Part shown: positions 47,593 to 57,324 of the stretch, piece by piece
Numbering within the stretch: the stretch's first letter is position 1
Layout of the letters: each line of letters starts with the position of its first letter
IMG/VR virus record: IMGVR_UViG_3300005965_000004
Location: 21,395-85,394 of that record
DNA length: 64,000 nucleotides
From: a virus
Direction: 5' to 3' (one strand)
Position numbers and translations under genes: made by a program
The notes under the pieces: generated by a model
Seen by the model: the letters and a program-made list of their open reading frames with translations, nothing else
Told to the model about the DNA's origin: nothing
The model's database searches: none

Positions 47593-50500
47593 ATGGCAGC
47601 AACAATAATAAGCTCAATTCAAACCGGTCAGAAAACTGTTGCCAGCGCAAACACTTCTGATACAGTTGCAATTACGTCAGTAGATACTTCTAAGTCTATA
47701 CTTCTGTACAGTGTAAGACTTCCAGGAGCTCCTAATGCGGGTGGAACTCGTTTGGTTGGGCATTTGACAGATTCTACAACAATCACTTTTTATAAAGACG
47801 AAAGTGGTGACGATATAATAGTTGAATGGAAAGTGTTGGAATTCAGTAGTGGAGTTTATGTTCAAAGAGGCACCACTACAGAAGCTTCCAGTCAAATCAA
47901 TAATACTATTAGCTCTGTAGATACTGGAAAATCTTTTGTATTATCGGATGGTTATTGGATAGATGCTACTTTTACAAGGTCTACAGAAAAACCTAATGCG
48001 TGGTTGACTTCTTCAACTAATGTAAGAATTGAAAGAGTCTCATCTGTATCTAATATGAGGACCGTGTTTCAATGTGTACAGATAGATAATGCTACTACCC
48101 AAACGGGATTGTTAAATCTAACATCGACTTCAGATACCGTATCCATCACCAGCGTTACAACTGGTAAAGCTTTTGTCATCGGCTCGGGAACTGATGGTGG
48201 TGGAGTAAAAGTAGAAGGTCCAGATGACTGGGCCATGTCGGTAGAATTGACAAGCTCTACTAATATAACATTCAGGCATTATGATAATGCCAGAGATTAT
48301 AATTGTAGGTGGCACGTAATAGAATTATCAGACGGTGATTTTTCGGTTCAGAGAGGTAACCATAGCTTTTCATCTACAAACGCTGAAGATGTAATATTAT
48401 CATCTATAAATGAAGATGTGTCTGTGGCTATTATGGGAGGTCAAGGAAATAGCCACATGGCTCGTACCTCTGAAAGTAATAGAGGAGCAAATTCTTATCC
48501 ATCATCTTGTGCTACCAATAAGTTAACATCTTCTAACAATATGGAAGTTGAGTGTGATGGATGGAATAGTGGAGTGACTACTATATTAGATTGGCAAGTT
48601 TTAGAATTTCCTGAACCTGACGAAAGTTCATCATCGAGTTCCAGTTCGAGTTCATCGTCGAGTAGCCAAAGCTCCCAGTCTTCTGAAAGCAGTAGTTCGA
48701 GCAGTTCTCAGAGCAGCCAGAGTTCTGAGAGTTCTTCTTCACAAAGTTCACAGAGCAGTGAATCGAGTTCAAGTAGCTCTTCACAAAGTTCACAGAGCAG
48801 TGAAAGCTCAAGTAGCCAAAGTTCTCAGTCTTCTGAAAGCAGTAGTTCGAGTAGTTCACAAAGTTCACAGAGCAGTGAATCGAGTTCTAGCCAGAGTTCG
48901 CAGTCTTCTGCCTCGAGTAGTTCGAGCAGTTCACAATCGAGCCAGTCATCTGAGTCAAGCTCTAGTAGTTCTTCTCAGAGTAGTCAAAGTTCAGAATCAA
49001 GTAGCTCACAAAGTTCTCAGAGTTCCGAGAGTTCTTCTTCACAAAGTTCTCAAAGTTCTCAAAGTTCTGAGTCGAGTTCTTCTTCGAGTAGCCAGAGTTC
49101 TCAAAGTTCTCAAAGTTCTGAGTCGAGTTCTTCTTCGAGTAGCCAGAGTTCTGCCTCGAGTAGTTCGAGCAGTTCACAGTCAAGTGAATCTAGTTCAAGT
49201 AGTTCGTCATCGAGCAGTCAAAGTTCGCAATCTAGCCAGTCCTCTGAGTCAAGCTCAAGTAGTTCCCAGAGTAGTCAGTCTTCTGAGTCAAGCTCAAGTA
49301 GTTCCCAGAGTAGTCAGTCTTCTGAGTCAAGCTCGAGTAGTTCCCAGAGTTCGGATAGTTCCAGTGAGTCTGGTCCTTCCAGTTCAAGTTTTAGTTCCGA
49401 TTCTAGTTCTAGTTTGAGTTCAGAAAGTTCTTCCTCATCGAGTAGCCAATCTTCTCAGTCGAGTCAATCTTCTGAGAGTAGCTCGAGTAGTTCATCTGAA
49501 TCTAGTCGGAGTTCGGCGTCGAGTAGCTCGATTAGTTCTCAGAGTAGTCAGTCTTCTGAGTCAAGCCAAAGCTCATCCTCGAGTAGCTCAAGTAGTTCTA
49601 GCCAGAGTTCTCAAAGTTCTCAGAGTAGTGAGTCAAGCCAAAGCTCTTCCTCGAGTAGTTCGAGTAGTTCGAGCCAAAGCTCCCAGAGTTCACTAAGTAG
49701 TGAATCAAGTCCTAGTAGTTCGTCTGAAAGTTCTGTTTCGAGTGGCTCGCAAAGTTCTCAGAGCAGCGAGTCAAGTAGTTCAAGCAGCTCGCAAAGTTCT
49801 CAGAGTTCTCAGTCATCTGTTTCGAGTAGCTCAAGTAGTTCTAGCCAGAGTTCTCAAAGTTCTCAGAGTAGTGAGTCTAGTCCTAGTAGTTCATCTCAGA
49901 GTTCTGCTTCGAGTAGCTCAAGTAGTTCTAGCCAGAGTTCTCAAAGTTCTCAGAGTAGTGAGTCTAGTCCTAGTAGTTCATCTCAGAGTTCTGCTTCGAG
50001 TAGCTCGAGTAGTTCTTCGTCCAGCTTGTCAAGCTCAAGCTCTAACAGTAGTTCCATAAGTTCTAGTTCATCAAGCAGCGAATCAAGTTCGTCAAGTGAG
50101 AGTAGCTCTTCTGATGACTATGATTATTTCAAGTTGAACAACATAAATAACCCTTATATAAACAAGTGTTATTCGTCTACTTATTACAACAACGAGAGAG
50201 AACTATACGATTTACTTGTCACAGAGGCATATAATACTCATGGTGTCTGTATGATTTACTATGTGACTTCTTACGATAAAGATTATGATAGAGTTTGGGG
50301 AGAAGATAACAATAGAGAATTCCAGAGATACTTCCAATTCAATGCCTACTTCAATCTTCCAAGAGAAGAAAGATTGTGGACAAAGTTTGGAATAGAAGGA
50401 ATAGATCAGTTCTCAATGTATGTGTCCAAGAGACATTTTTGGGATGCTTCTCAGTACAACTCTGGACAGACACAGAAAGTCAACAAACCATATATACCAA

Positions 50501-50805
50501 AGGTTGGAGATTATATACAGTCCAACTATAACAAATACATCTATGAGATAGTCGAAGTAAAAGATGAAACAATGATGTACTTGTTGAGTAAACAACACGT
50601 CTGGGAGTTCTTAGTGAGACCATTCAAGGACGAGAAGATTTCTCTTACATCAGCAACTTCTGCTTCTCCAATATCAGCATCAACGGATAAGACAACAGAT
50701 AAGTTTGATGTTACTCACATAATAGATATTGAGAAGACCGATGTAAACTACGATCCATCTGATACTGAATGTGACCCTAATGATCCGTTTGGGAACTGGA
50801 ATTAG
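47593..50805 (+). CDS. gp14-like neck protein with N-terminal beta repeats and ~500-aa Ser-rich linker
   Basis: C-terminal LVTEA...GV..IYY...WGED...KFGI...PKVGDYI...IYEI matches the T4 gp14 pattern. Four ~80-aa Q[TR]G...SVDT.KS...W.V.E repeats. Confidence 0.82.
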   Translation: MAATIISSIQTGQKTVASANTSDTVAITSVDTSKSILLYSVRLPGAPNAGGTRLVGHLTDSTTITFYKDESGDDIIVEWKVLEFSSGVYVQRGTTTEASSQINNTISSVDTGKSFVLSDGYWIDATFTRSTEKPNAWLTSSTNVRIERVSSVSNMRTVFQCVQIDNATTQTGLLNLTSTSDTVSITSVTTGKAFVIGSGTDGGGVKVEGPDDWAMSVELTSSTNITFRHYDNARDYNCRWHVIELSDGDFSVQRGNHSFSSTNAEDVILSSINEDVSVAIMGGQGNSHMARTSESNRGANSYPSSCATNKLTSSNNMEVECDGWNSGVTTILDWQVLEFPEPDESSSSSSSSSSSSSSQSSQSSESSSSSSSQSSQSSESSSSQSSQSSESSSSSSSQSSQSSESSSSQSSQSSESSSSSSSQSSQSSESSSSQSSQSSASSSSSSSQSSQSSESSSSSSSQSSQSSESSSSQSSQSSESSSSQSSQSSQSSESSSSSSSQSSQSSQSSESSSSSSSQSSASSSSSSSQSSESSSSSSSSSSQSSQSSQSSESSSSSSQSSQSSESSSSSSQSSQSSESSSSSSQSSDSSSESGPSSSSFSSDSSSSLSSESSSSSSSQSSQSSQSSESSSSSSSESSRSSASSSSISSQSSQSSESSQSSSSSSSSSSSQSSQSSQSSESSQSSSSSSSSSSSQSSQSSLSSESSPSSSSESSVSSGSQSSQSSESSSSSSSQSSQSSQSSVSSSSSSSSQSSQSSQSSESSPSSSSQSSASSSSSSSSQSSQSSQSSESSPSSSSQSSASSSSSSSSSSLSSSSSNSSSISSSSSSSESSSSSESSSSDDYDYFKLNNINNPYINKCYSSTYYNNERELYDLLVTEAYNTHGVCMIYYVTSYDKDYDRVWGEDNNREFQRYFQFNAYFNLPREERLWTKFGIEGIDQFSMYVSKRHFWDASQYNSGQTQKVNKPYIPKVGDYIQSNYNKYIYEIVEVKDETMMYLLSKQHVWEFLVRPFKDEKISLTSATSASPISASTDKTTDKFDVTHIIDIEKTDVNYDPSDTECDPNDPFGNWN
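48622..50112 (+). repeat. Serine-rich coding repeat (SSQSSQSSESSS)n
   Basis: Mixed Ser codons, including an 87-bp tandem duplication at 49821-49994. Confidence 0.95.
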
Positions 50806-50855
50806 CGACGTAATATTATAAATACTTTCAAATGATAAAAGTTTGGAGGTTTATT

Positions 50856-51054
50856 ATGGTTTTTAATTGTAAAGAATGTGGTAAAGATTTTGATTTTAAA
50901 TCAATCCGTGCTTTTGTTCAATGGCATATATATATATATATGTAAATTTCATAAGTCTTCTATAGAATCTACGACTATAACAAGTCGTCAAATAAATTCT
51001 AAAAAGAATGTTTTGAGAGATAAAGAATTTTTAGAAATGATAAAAGGAGAATAA
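50856..51054 (+). pseudogene. Internally deleted homing endonuclease
   Basis: MVFNCKECGKDF...WHI, (TA)n tract, then a C-terminal remnant. TATAAATA at 50817 and GGAGG RBS. Confidence 0.5.
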
Positions 51055-51057
51055 ATT

Positions 51058-51261
51058 ATGCCAACAATTGTAGGAACACTTTTGATACCTAACGCAGATT
51101 ATCTTGAATCTGTTTCCGCTGTTGACGTTCAGTCAAACGGACAAACAATATATGTGACATATATTGATTCTGATGGTAACCTAAAGGCCGGATCGACAAG
51201 TTTCGTACAGAATGTAGATGGTTCCGTACCATCGGCAATGTCTGGATGCTCTATATTATAA
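51058..51261 (+). CDS. Hypothetical protein
   Basis: AAGGAG RBS, 67 aa. Confidence 0.55.
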   Translation: MPTIVGTLLIPNADYLESVSAVDVQSNGQTIYVTYIDSDGNLKAGSTSFVQNVDGSVPSAMSGCSIL

Positions 51262-51271
51262 AGGATCATAA

Positions 51272-52141
51272 ATGAGTCTTTTTGATTATGAAAAGGAGAA
51301 ACAACTCCAAGAGGATTTAGAAAATCTTTTTGAGAGTAAGGTAAGAATTTCCAAGAAGGATTTGGTGAACTTTCTAAAGAAAGACGAAAGTCCTAAGGAA
51401 GAAGTTGCGTCTGTTGAATCAGAAGAACTAAAGTTTGTGGATGTAAAGGATAAGATTGAACCAGATGTAGATGTTGTTGAAAAAGAAGAAAGCATTGACA
51501 ATGATGGTTTCGTGGAATCTCCTAAGCCAAAGATAATGGATAGACTTCTTGACGAGTATGAGGACAACAAGGAATCAAAGGAAGAGAGTAAGGAAGATGC
51601 TAAAGTTGTTTACTGGGGTGGTGGAGAAAATAATAGTATAGTTACTCTTGGAAATGGTACATCTATTTATAAAGATAAGTTCGGATCAGAACTTAGGTTG
51701 AAGTCACTATCTGCTACTGGATCGACTAGTATAACAGAGGTTGGAGATGTTGTTGTAATAAGTTCAACTGTTAGTGGTACAGATTCTTGGAGTACAGTTT
51801 CGGGTGATTACTATACTTCAGATGAAGTTGACGATTTGATAAGTGCTGTTAGTGCTACAAGCACTATAAGAATAACTAGTGCCGATTCTCCTTATAATAT
51901 ATCAAACAGTGATATTGTTATTTTCGCAAATACAAACAATCAAGCAGATGTTTCTGCTAATTTACCCGCTGGAGTTGAAGGAAGAAGAGTGAGAATAACA
52001 AACACAGGGACTACTGATGCTGGAAAGGTTTATGTTGTTCCTAATGGTTCCGAAAATTTGTTTGGTGATAATACAGCTTTTGAAATGATTGAAGCTGAAA
52101 CTATAGAAATTTATTTCAACACTACTGACGGATGGTGGTAA
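51272..52141 (+). CDS. Virion protein with fibre-like C-terminal domain
   Basis: Acidic N-half, LRLKSL, ITSADSPY...LPAGVEGRRVRI...GWW. Confidence 0.6.
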   Translation: MSLFDYEKEKQLQEDLENLFESKVRISKKDLVNFLKKDESPKEEVASVESEELKFVDVKDKIEPDVDVVEKEESIDNDGFVESPKPKIMDRLLDEYEDNKESKEESKEDAKVVYWGGGENNSIVTLGNGTSIYKDKFGSELRLKSLSATGSTSITEVGDVVVISSTVSGTDSWSTVSGDYYTSDEVDDLISAVSATSTIRITSADSPYNISNSDIVIFANTNNQADVSANLPAGVEGRRVRITNTGTTDAGKVYVVPNGSENLFGDNTAFEMIEAETIEIYFNTTDGWW

Positions 52142-52288
52142 AAATATGAGTATAATAAGAGAAGTTCAAATAGATGCTACTGAAGCCAATGTCCAATATC
52201 CTTTATCAACTGATGGTGATACTGTATATGCTAAGGATATAAACGTATCAGCAGTATAAATACAAGTAATCATTAGGAGAATATTTGT

Positions 52289-52618
52289 ATGGAAGAAAAT
52301 AAAAAGCTTCTTTATGAGAAGATTGCTAACATTAGCGAAACTAAAAGTCAGCTTCAAGAAGAGAATGAAATTCTCAAGAAGCAAATCAATGAATATCATG
52401 ATAATATTTTTGATGACTTCTGTGAGTTTGTTAATGTGATTATGGAAAAAGTTGACTTTAGTAAAGAAGAAATAAATGAAGGTGTGTTTGGCGAGCAGCC
52501 AAGAGAAAAGCAAATGGCAAAATTCTTTATCAAGGCTATAAAAGATAGAGCTGCTAAAGAGGGAGTTGACCCAAAGGAAGTAGTAAGAAATATTTCAGCA
52601 ATGTTGAAGGTATTTTAA
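52289..52618 (+). CDS. Hypothetical late protein
   Basis: TATAAATA at 52255-52262, AGGAG RBS. Confidence 0.6.
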   Translation: MEENKKLLYEKIANISETKSQLQEENEILKKQINEYHDNIFDDFCEFVNVIMEKVDFSKEEINEGVFGEQPREKQMAKFFIKAIKDRAAKEGVDPKEVVRNISAMLKVF

Positions 52619-52620
52619 TT

Positions 52621-53043
52621 ATGAGCAGCGCGGAACATAAAAGTAATGTTGATACTATTTTGTCATATATACTTATTAAGAAATTAGTAACTCCAATAAC
52701 TAGGAGTAAAGGATACCAATTAGGTTTGGTTAATGCTGCTGGTAAAGTTATTAGAGAACCTAAGACAGATAAAGAACATGAAGCTTTAACACTAGCAGAT
52801 AGAATAGTATTCAAACTAAAAAGATTACTTGGAAGCAAACTTCTAAACCTTAACAATTTTCTGTATCTCCAGACAATAAATAATGATTTCTATAACAAGC
52901 TTGTTGTTAGAGGAACTATTAAGCAGAGAGCAGAGATAAAGAGAATAGCTAGAGATGTTCAGGGAATAAAAGAGAAGTATAACTTAGAAACAGAAGAAGT
53001 GATTTACTCCATTCTGAAAGAGGAATTAGAACAGGAATTTTAA
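52621..53043 (+). CDS. Conserved T4-like hypothetical protein
   Basis: IKKLVTP...YQLGLVN..GK...RIVFKLKRLL pattern. Confidence 0.65.
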   Translation: MSSAEHKSNVDTILSYILIKKLVTPITRSKGYQLGLVNAAGKVIREPKTDKEHEALTLADRIVFKLKRLLGSKLLNLNNFLYLQTINNDFYNKLVVRGTIKQRAEIKRIARDVQGIKEKYNLETEEVIYSILKEELEQEF

Positions 53044-53044
53044 T

Positions 53045-53734
53045 ATGCCATCCAAATTTCAACAACAATACGACAGAAAGAAGATAGAAACTCAGAGAGC
53101 CTTAATTTCTGATTTGAATGATGAAATAGCTGATCTTAATGATAAGATGAGGGGTGTTACTGATCCTGACTTGAAAAAGGCAATAAGATCAGAAATTGAT
53201 GCTAAGAAGATTAGAATAAATTCTATAAAGAAAGGTCAACCAGTCAAACCAAGAGCTGCTGCTTTTGCTTTTGAGGAATCTCAGAATTTGAAAGAAGGTC
53301 TTGATGATATAAAAGACAAGTGGGTTGAAAAGATTACCAAGAGAGGTAGAAGTAAGTCAGAGGTTTCAGATTTTGCAGATGAACAAGTCAGAAAGTTAGA
53401 AGACAGATATGGTGATGATTATTCTGCTATTGTTGGAACTTTGAAAAAAATTCTATCAAACAAGTACGATGTTTCTCTTGACGAAGAAGCACAAGCATCA
53501 GTAACTACAAGTACAGTCGGATCACCAACAATGTCAACAAGTAATGGTGGAACAGAACCTGCTGTATATGGTAGTTCTCATATCTATGCTACAAAAGTTG
53601 GTAAAACGGCTAGTCGTAAAGGTGATATAGAAGTTTGTCCTGATTGTGGATATAAAAAATGTAGATGTAAAAAAAAGAAGAATAAAAAGAATTATAGAGA
53701 GTTTGTTGATTATTACTTTGAATCGGAGGAATAA
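53045..53734 (+). CDS. Hypothetical protein
   Basis: Coiled coil, LKEG, C-terminal CPDCG...CRC. Confidence 0.55.
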   Translation: MPSKFQQQYDRKKIETQRALISDLNDEIADLNDKMRGVTDPDLKKAIRSEIDAKKIRINSIKKGQPVKPRAAAFAFEESQNLKEGLDDIKDKWVEKITKRGRSKSEVSDFADEQVRKLEDRYGDDYSAIVGTLKKILSNKYDVSLDEEAQASVTTSTVGSPTMSTSNGGTEPAVYGSSHIYATKVGKTASRKGDIEVCPDCGYKKCRCKKKKNKKNYREFVDYYFESEE

Positions 53735-53736
53735 GA

Positions 53737-53913
53737 ATGCCAAATCCAAAAGACTATTCAAGCAAAGACGAGTGGATGAGTGCTTGTATGAGTAAAGTAG
53801 AGGGAGATGAGGGGAAGCCACACGACCAAGCTGTAGCGCAATGTCTAAGTATGTGGGAGAGAAAGAACGAATCATTCAAAGAGTTTATTGATAATTATCT
53901 AAGTGAAGAATAA
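53737..53913 (+). CDS. Small conserved phage protein (58 aa)
   Basis: MPNP...WMSACM...QAVAQCLSMW. Not in the ORF track. Confidence 0.6.
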   Translation: MPNPKDYSSKDEWMSACMSKVEGDEGKPHDQAVAQCLSMWERKNESFKEFIDNYLSEE

Positions 53914-53918
53914 TTAAA

Positions 53919-53960
53919 GGAGGACAGAGGGTAGCTCCCTTTTCCCGAAACCTTACTTAG
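53919..53960 (+). repeat. 42-bp leader, copy 1
   Basis: Identical to 62575-62616. Confidence 0.9.
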
Positions 53961-53965
53961 GTTAT

Positions 53966-54481
53966 ATGTTGCTTGATGAATTTGTAGAAATTCCTAAGAT
54001 ATTTGAAGAAAATGGTTGTAAACTAATTAGTGATAAATATATAAGTAATGATAAGAAGTTGAAGTATATTTGTGAGTGTGGTAGAGAGTCGGAGATAACT
54101 TTAGCTAACTTTTTTAATGGGTCAAAGATGTGGTTGTATTCGTTCTTTAGGTGAAAGAAAAATTGAAAAATGGTTAAAAGATAATAATATTAAGTTTATT
54201 TCACAAAAAAGATTTAGAGAATGTAAAAATATACGAAATTGCCTTTTGATTTTTACCTCCCAAAATATAATACTTGTATTGAATATGATGGAGAACAACA
54301 TTTTCAACCAGTTCAATTTGGTGGAATTAGTTTAAAAGAAGCTGAATTAAACTTAAAGAATAAGAAGCATAATGATAATATAAAGGAAAAATTTTGTAAA
54401 ATGAAAAATATTCATTTATTAAGAATTAAATATTTAGACAATTGTTTTGAAAAATTAAATGATTGTTTAGGAGGATGTTAA
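53966..54481 (+). pseudogene. Frameshifted homing endonuclease (same class as 25140)
   Basis: KLKYICECG, SLGE, PFDFYLP...IEYDGEQH spread over three ORF pieces. Confidence 0.82.
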
Positions 54482-54482
54482 T

Positions 54483-56348
54483 ATGGGAATTGATTTGAGT
54501 TCCATTTTTCTTTTTAATCCATTTGCTAAGTACTTCCGTCAGTCAAGACCAGAGGAAGAAAAGGTAGAGGAGCAGGAGATTGAAAATAGTCAGGGTGTAT
54601 CTCAGGAAGAGGTTGACCTTGCTAACTTTATCAACTACGATTATCTATCTGATCCGGGTGCTGCTGTTACATATGTTGGAATACAGTTTGAGCAATACTT
54701 CGGAAGTAAAAGAGGTAGAATACAAAAGTATCGTCAGATGGCGAGGTATCCAATTATTAACGATGCTCTAAACCAAATATGTGATGATGCTGTTGTCGAT
54801 AATCCTGAAGGCGATATGCTAAGTCTTGAGATAAACGAAGAAATTCCAGAACACATTGAGGACGAAATCAGAAAGATATGGGATTACCTTATTGTAAGTG
54901 TTTACAAGTTCAACGAGAGAGGTTGGGAACTATTTAGAAAATGGTTGATTGAAGCAGAAATTTACATTGAGATGGTTCTTAATGATAAGGGTGATGATAT
55001 AATTGGTATCAAAATTCTTCCTGCTCATACCATGATGCCTGTCTACGAAGAGAATAAGGTCAAGGCATACATGCAGGTCAACGTAAATGCTCCTGAGGCT
55101 GTCAAGGGAGTTGACCACACACATCAAGGTAACGTTGCTTATGCTCAGTCAACGTCATATGCCGATGGAGAACCAAACAACATCATATTTGATAAGGACC
55201 AGATTGCTTATGCCAACTATGGAGATTATGGTGAGAACTTTCTTGATGTGAGAGGATTTCTTGAATCTGCTATTAGACCATTCAACCAGCTCAACAACAT
55301 GGAAGATGCCATCGTTGTACATAGACTTGTTAGAGCACCACAAAGAAGAATCTGGAATATCTATACTGGTAGAATGCCAAAGGGTAAGGCTGATGAGTTT
55401 GTAAAACAGCTCGCAAACAGATATAGAAAGAAGTTGATTTACGATCCAGAAACAGGAGCGATGAACTCGGCACAGAATGTTCAGTCGCTTACAGAAGATT
55501 ATTGGTTTACGAGAGATATCAATGGAAACGGAACAACTGTAGATACTATTGGTGGTGAGTCTAATTTCAGTGAAATGGACGACGTAAAGTACTTTCAAGA
55601 AAATCTTTATAAGTCCCTTATGCTACCTCGTTCGAGATGGGAGGACCCAGCGACATCTATGTACTCATCAGGTAAGTCTGGTGAGATTCAGAGAGAGGAA
55701 ATAAAGTTCGCAAGATTTGTAGAGAGATTACAAAGAAGATTCAAATACATCATTCTTGATCCATTCATTACTTTGATGAGACTTCGTGGAATTGACGAAA
55801 GATATGTTGACCAAAACATATTCAATGTTAAGTTTACAAAGTCCAACTTGTTCAAGGAATACAAGGAAATGGAGTTGATGGAATCGAGATTATCCATTCT
55901 TGGAGCAGCATCAGAGTTTATTTACAACCCAACAGAAAATCCAACCGGTTATTTCGCACCAGAATTCGCACTAAAGAGAATGTTCTTGATGAGTGATGAA
56001 GAGTGGATTTGGAATAAGGAATTGATGGACAAGATTAAACCAACTGAAGAAGAGCAGGCTGCTTTGGCAGCGGCTGGTGGTGAAGGCGGTTTCGGTGGTG
56101 CTGGTGAAATTGGTGGAGAATTTGGAGCACCTGATGTTGGTGGTGAAGTAGAGGCCGACGCGGAAGGTGGTGGAGAAGCAGAGGTAGGAGGGGAAGAAGA
56201 GGCTTCTCCAGAGACACCTGAGTCATTTTCATTCGCATTTGGGGATAACGACTCTCAAATTTTGAAAGAATGGAATACATTCGATACGTCAATTAGGAAA
56301 AGATATGAGGACAAAAATTTGAGAAAAAGTTTTAAGTTTAATAAATAA
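54483..56348 (+). CDS. gp20: Portal protein
   Basis: NQL..MEDA.V.HRLVRAP, EDYW, EEIKFARFV.RL. Confidence 0.96.
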   Translation: MGIDLSSIFLFNPFAKYFRQSRPEEEKVEEQEIENSQGVSQEEVDLANFINYDYLSDPGAAVTYVGIQFEQYFGSKRGRIQKYRQMARYPIINDALNQICDDAVVDNPEGDMLSLEINEEIPEHIEDEIRKIWDYLIVSVYKFNERGWELFRKWLIEAEIYIEMVLNDKGDDIIGIKILPAHTMMPVYEENKVKAYMQVNVNAPEAVKGVDHTHQGNVAYAQSTSYADGEPNNIIFDKDQIAYANYGDYGENFLDVRGFLESAIRPFNQLNNMEDAIVVHRLVRAPQRRIWNIYTGRMPKGKADEFVKQLANRYRKKLIYDPETGAMNSAQNVQSLTEDYWFTRDINGNGTTVDTIGGESNFSEMDDVKYFQENLYKSLMLPRSRWEDPATSMYSSGKSGEIQREEIKFARFVERLQRRFKYIILDPFITLMRLRGIDERYVDQNIFNVKFTKSNLFKEYKEMELMESRLSILGAASEFIYNPTENPTGYFAPEFALKRMFLMSDEEWIWNKELMDKIKPTEEEQAALAAAGGEGGFGGAGEIGGEFGAPDVGGEVEADAEGGGEAEVGGEEEASPETPESFSFAFGDNDSQILKEWNTFDTSIRKRYEDKNLRKSFKFNK

Positions 56349-56412
56349 GTATAATTAACTATAAATACTAACTGAGACATTTATTTGCATTAAAAATTGT
56401 TAAGGAGGAGTT

Positions 56413-56592
56413 ATGAAGTCAGTTATAAAAAGAGTTCTCGATGGAGATTGGGCAAGTCTTCAGGCAGACATTGAGAAGATGGCAGCAACTAAGGTCAAGA
56501 CAAAAGTTGACGAAAAGAAGATGGATGTCTTGGCAAAGATGAATGGCATCAATGTTGATAAGCAGAAGGAAGTAATGTCGGTTTCAAAATAA
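56413..56592 (+). CDS. Small prohead core protein (gp67-like)
   Basis: 59-aa ORF between portal and protease, GGAGGAG RBS, TATAAATA at 56360. Confidence 0.65.
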   Translation: MKSVIKRVLDGDWASLQADIEKMAATKVKTKVDEKKMDVLAKMNGINVDKQKEVMSVSK

Positions 56593-56604
56593 TAGGAGAG
56601 ACTT

Positions 56605-57258
56605 ATGAAGCTTTTAACAGAGTTTGTCTCGTTTGATAAACTTGAAGTTATCAAAGAAGAGAAGGAAGGAAAGAAAGAGTTCAGGTTGAGAGGTCCCTTC
56701 TTAGAAGCAGAAATCAAGAACAAGAACGGAAGAGTTTACTCAAAGGATATTCTTGTCCGTGAAGTCAATGACTTTGTGGAATCTAAGATCATGAAGAATA
56801 GAAGTATGGGTGAACTTGACCATCCAGAAAATCCTCAGATTAATCTTGAGAGAGTATCTCATATTATAGAGGAACTTAAAATGGATGGTAACGTTGGTAT
56901 TGGTAGTGCTAAACTCATTGATACACCAATGGGTAGAATTGCCAAGACTCTTGTAGATGAGGGAATCATTGTAGGAATGTCAACCCGTGGTGTTGGAACT
57001 CTTGATGGAGCAACCGTTAAGGAAGACTATAAACTTATCACAGTTGACATTGTTGCTGATCCATCCGCACCTAACTGTTTCGTAGAAGGTGTACTGGAAA
57101 ATAAGGAATTTGTCATTGATGGTGACCAAATTGTTGAGGTTGCTGTGCAGAACTTACAAAGAAAGGTAGATAAAAAATACGAGCCTAACTCATTGTCAAA
57201 GCATGTGTTAGGTTATATGTTAGATTTTTTGAGTGAAATTCAGCGCAAAAATGTGTAA
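56605..57258 (+). CDS. gp21: Prohead protease
   Basis: NKNGRVY, GELDHP, GMSTRGVG, DIVADPSAP. Confidence 0.96.
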   Translation: MKLLTEFVSFDKLEVIKEEKEGKKEFRLRGPFLEAEIKNKNGRVYSKDILVREVNDFVESKIMKNRSMGELDHPENPQINLERVSHIIEELKMDGNVGIGSAKLIDTPMGRIAKTLVDEGIIVGMSTRGVGTLDGATVKEDYKLITVDIVADPSAPNCFVEGVLENKEFVIDGDQIVEVAVQNLQRKVDKKYEPNSLSKHVLGYMLDFLSEIQRKNV

Positions 57259-57286
57259 AAAGTTGCTGTTTTTTAAGTCCCAATTT

Positions 57287-57294
57287 TATAAATA
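57287..57294 (+). promoter_or_regulatory. T4-type late promoter TATAAATA (also 40005, 46006, 50817, 52255, 56360, 61371)
   Basis: Exact gp55 consensus, mostly intergenic, ahead of structural genes. Confidence 0.8.
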
Positions 57295-57324
57295 ATTACA
57301 GCAAATCAATAGGAGGAGCTTGAT

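Noticed and set aside
48581-50059. Val/Leu/Arg-rich and antisense ORFs in the Ser repeat
   Set aside because: Alternative frames of the low-complexity repeat.
47593-52141. Diversity-generating retroelement target
   Set aside because: No reverse transcriptase or adenine-variant TR/VR pair is visible.
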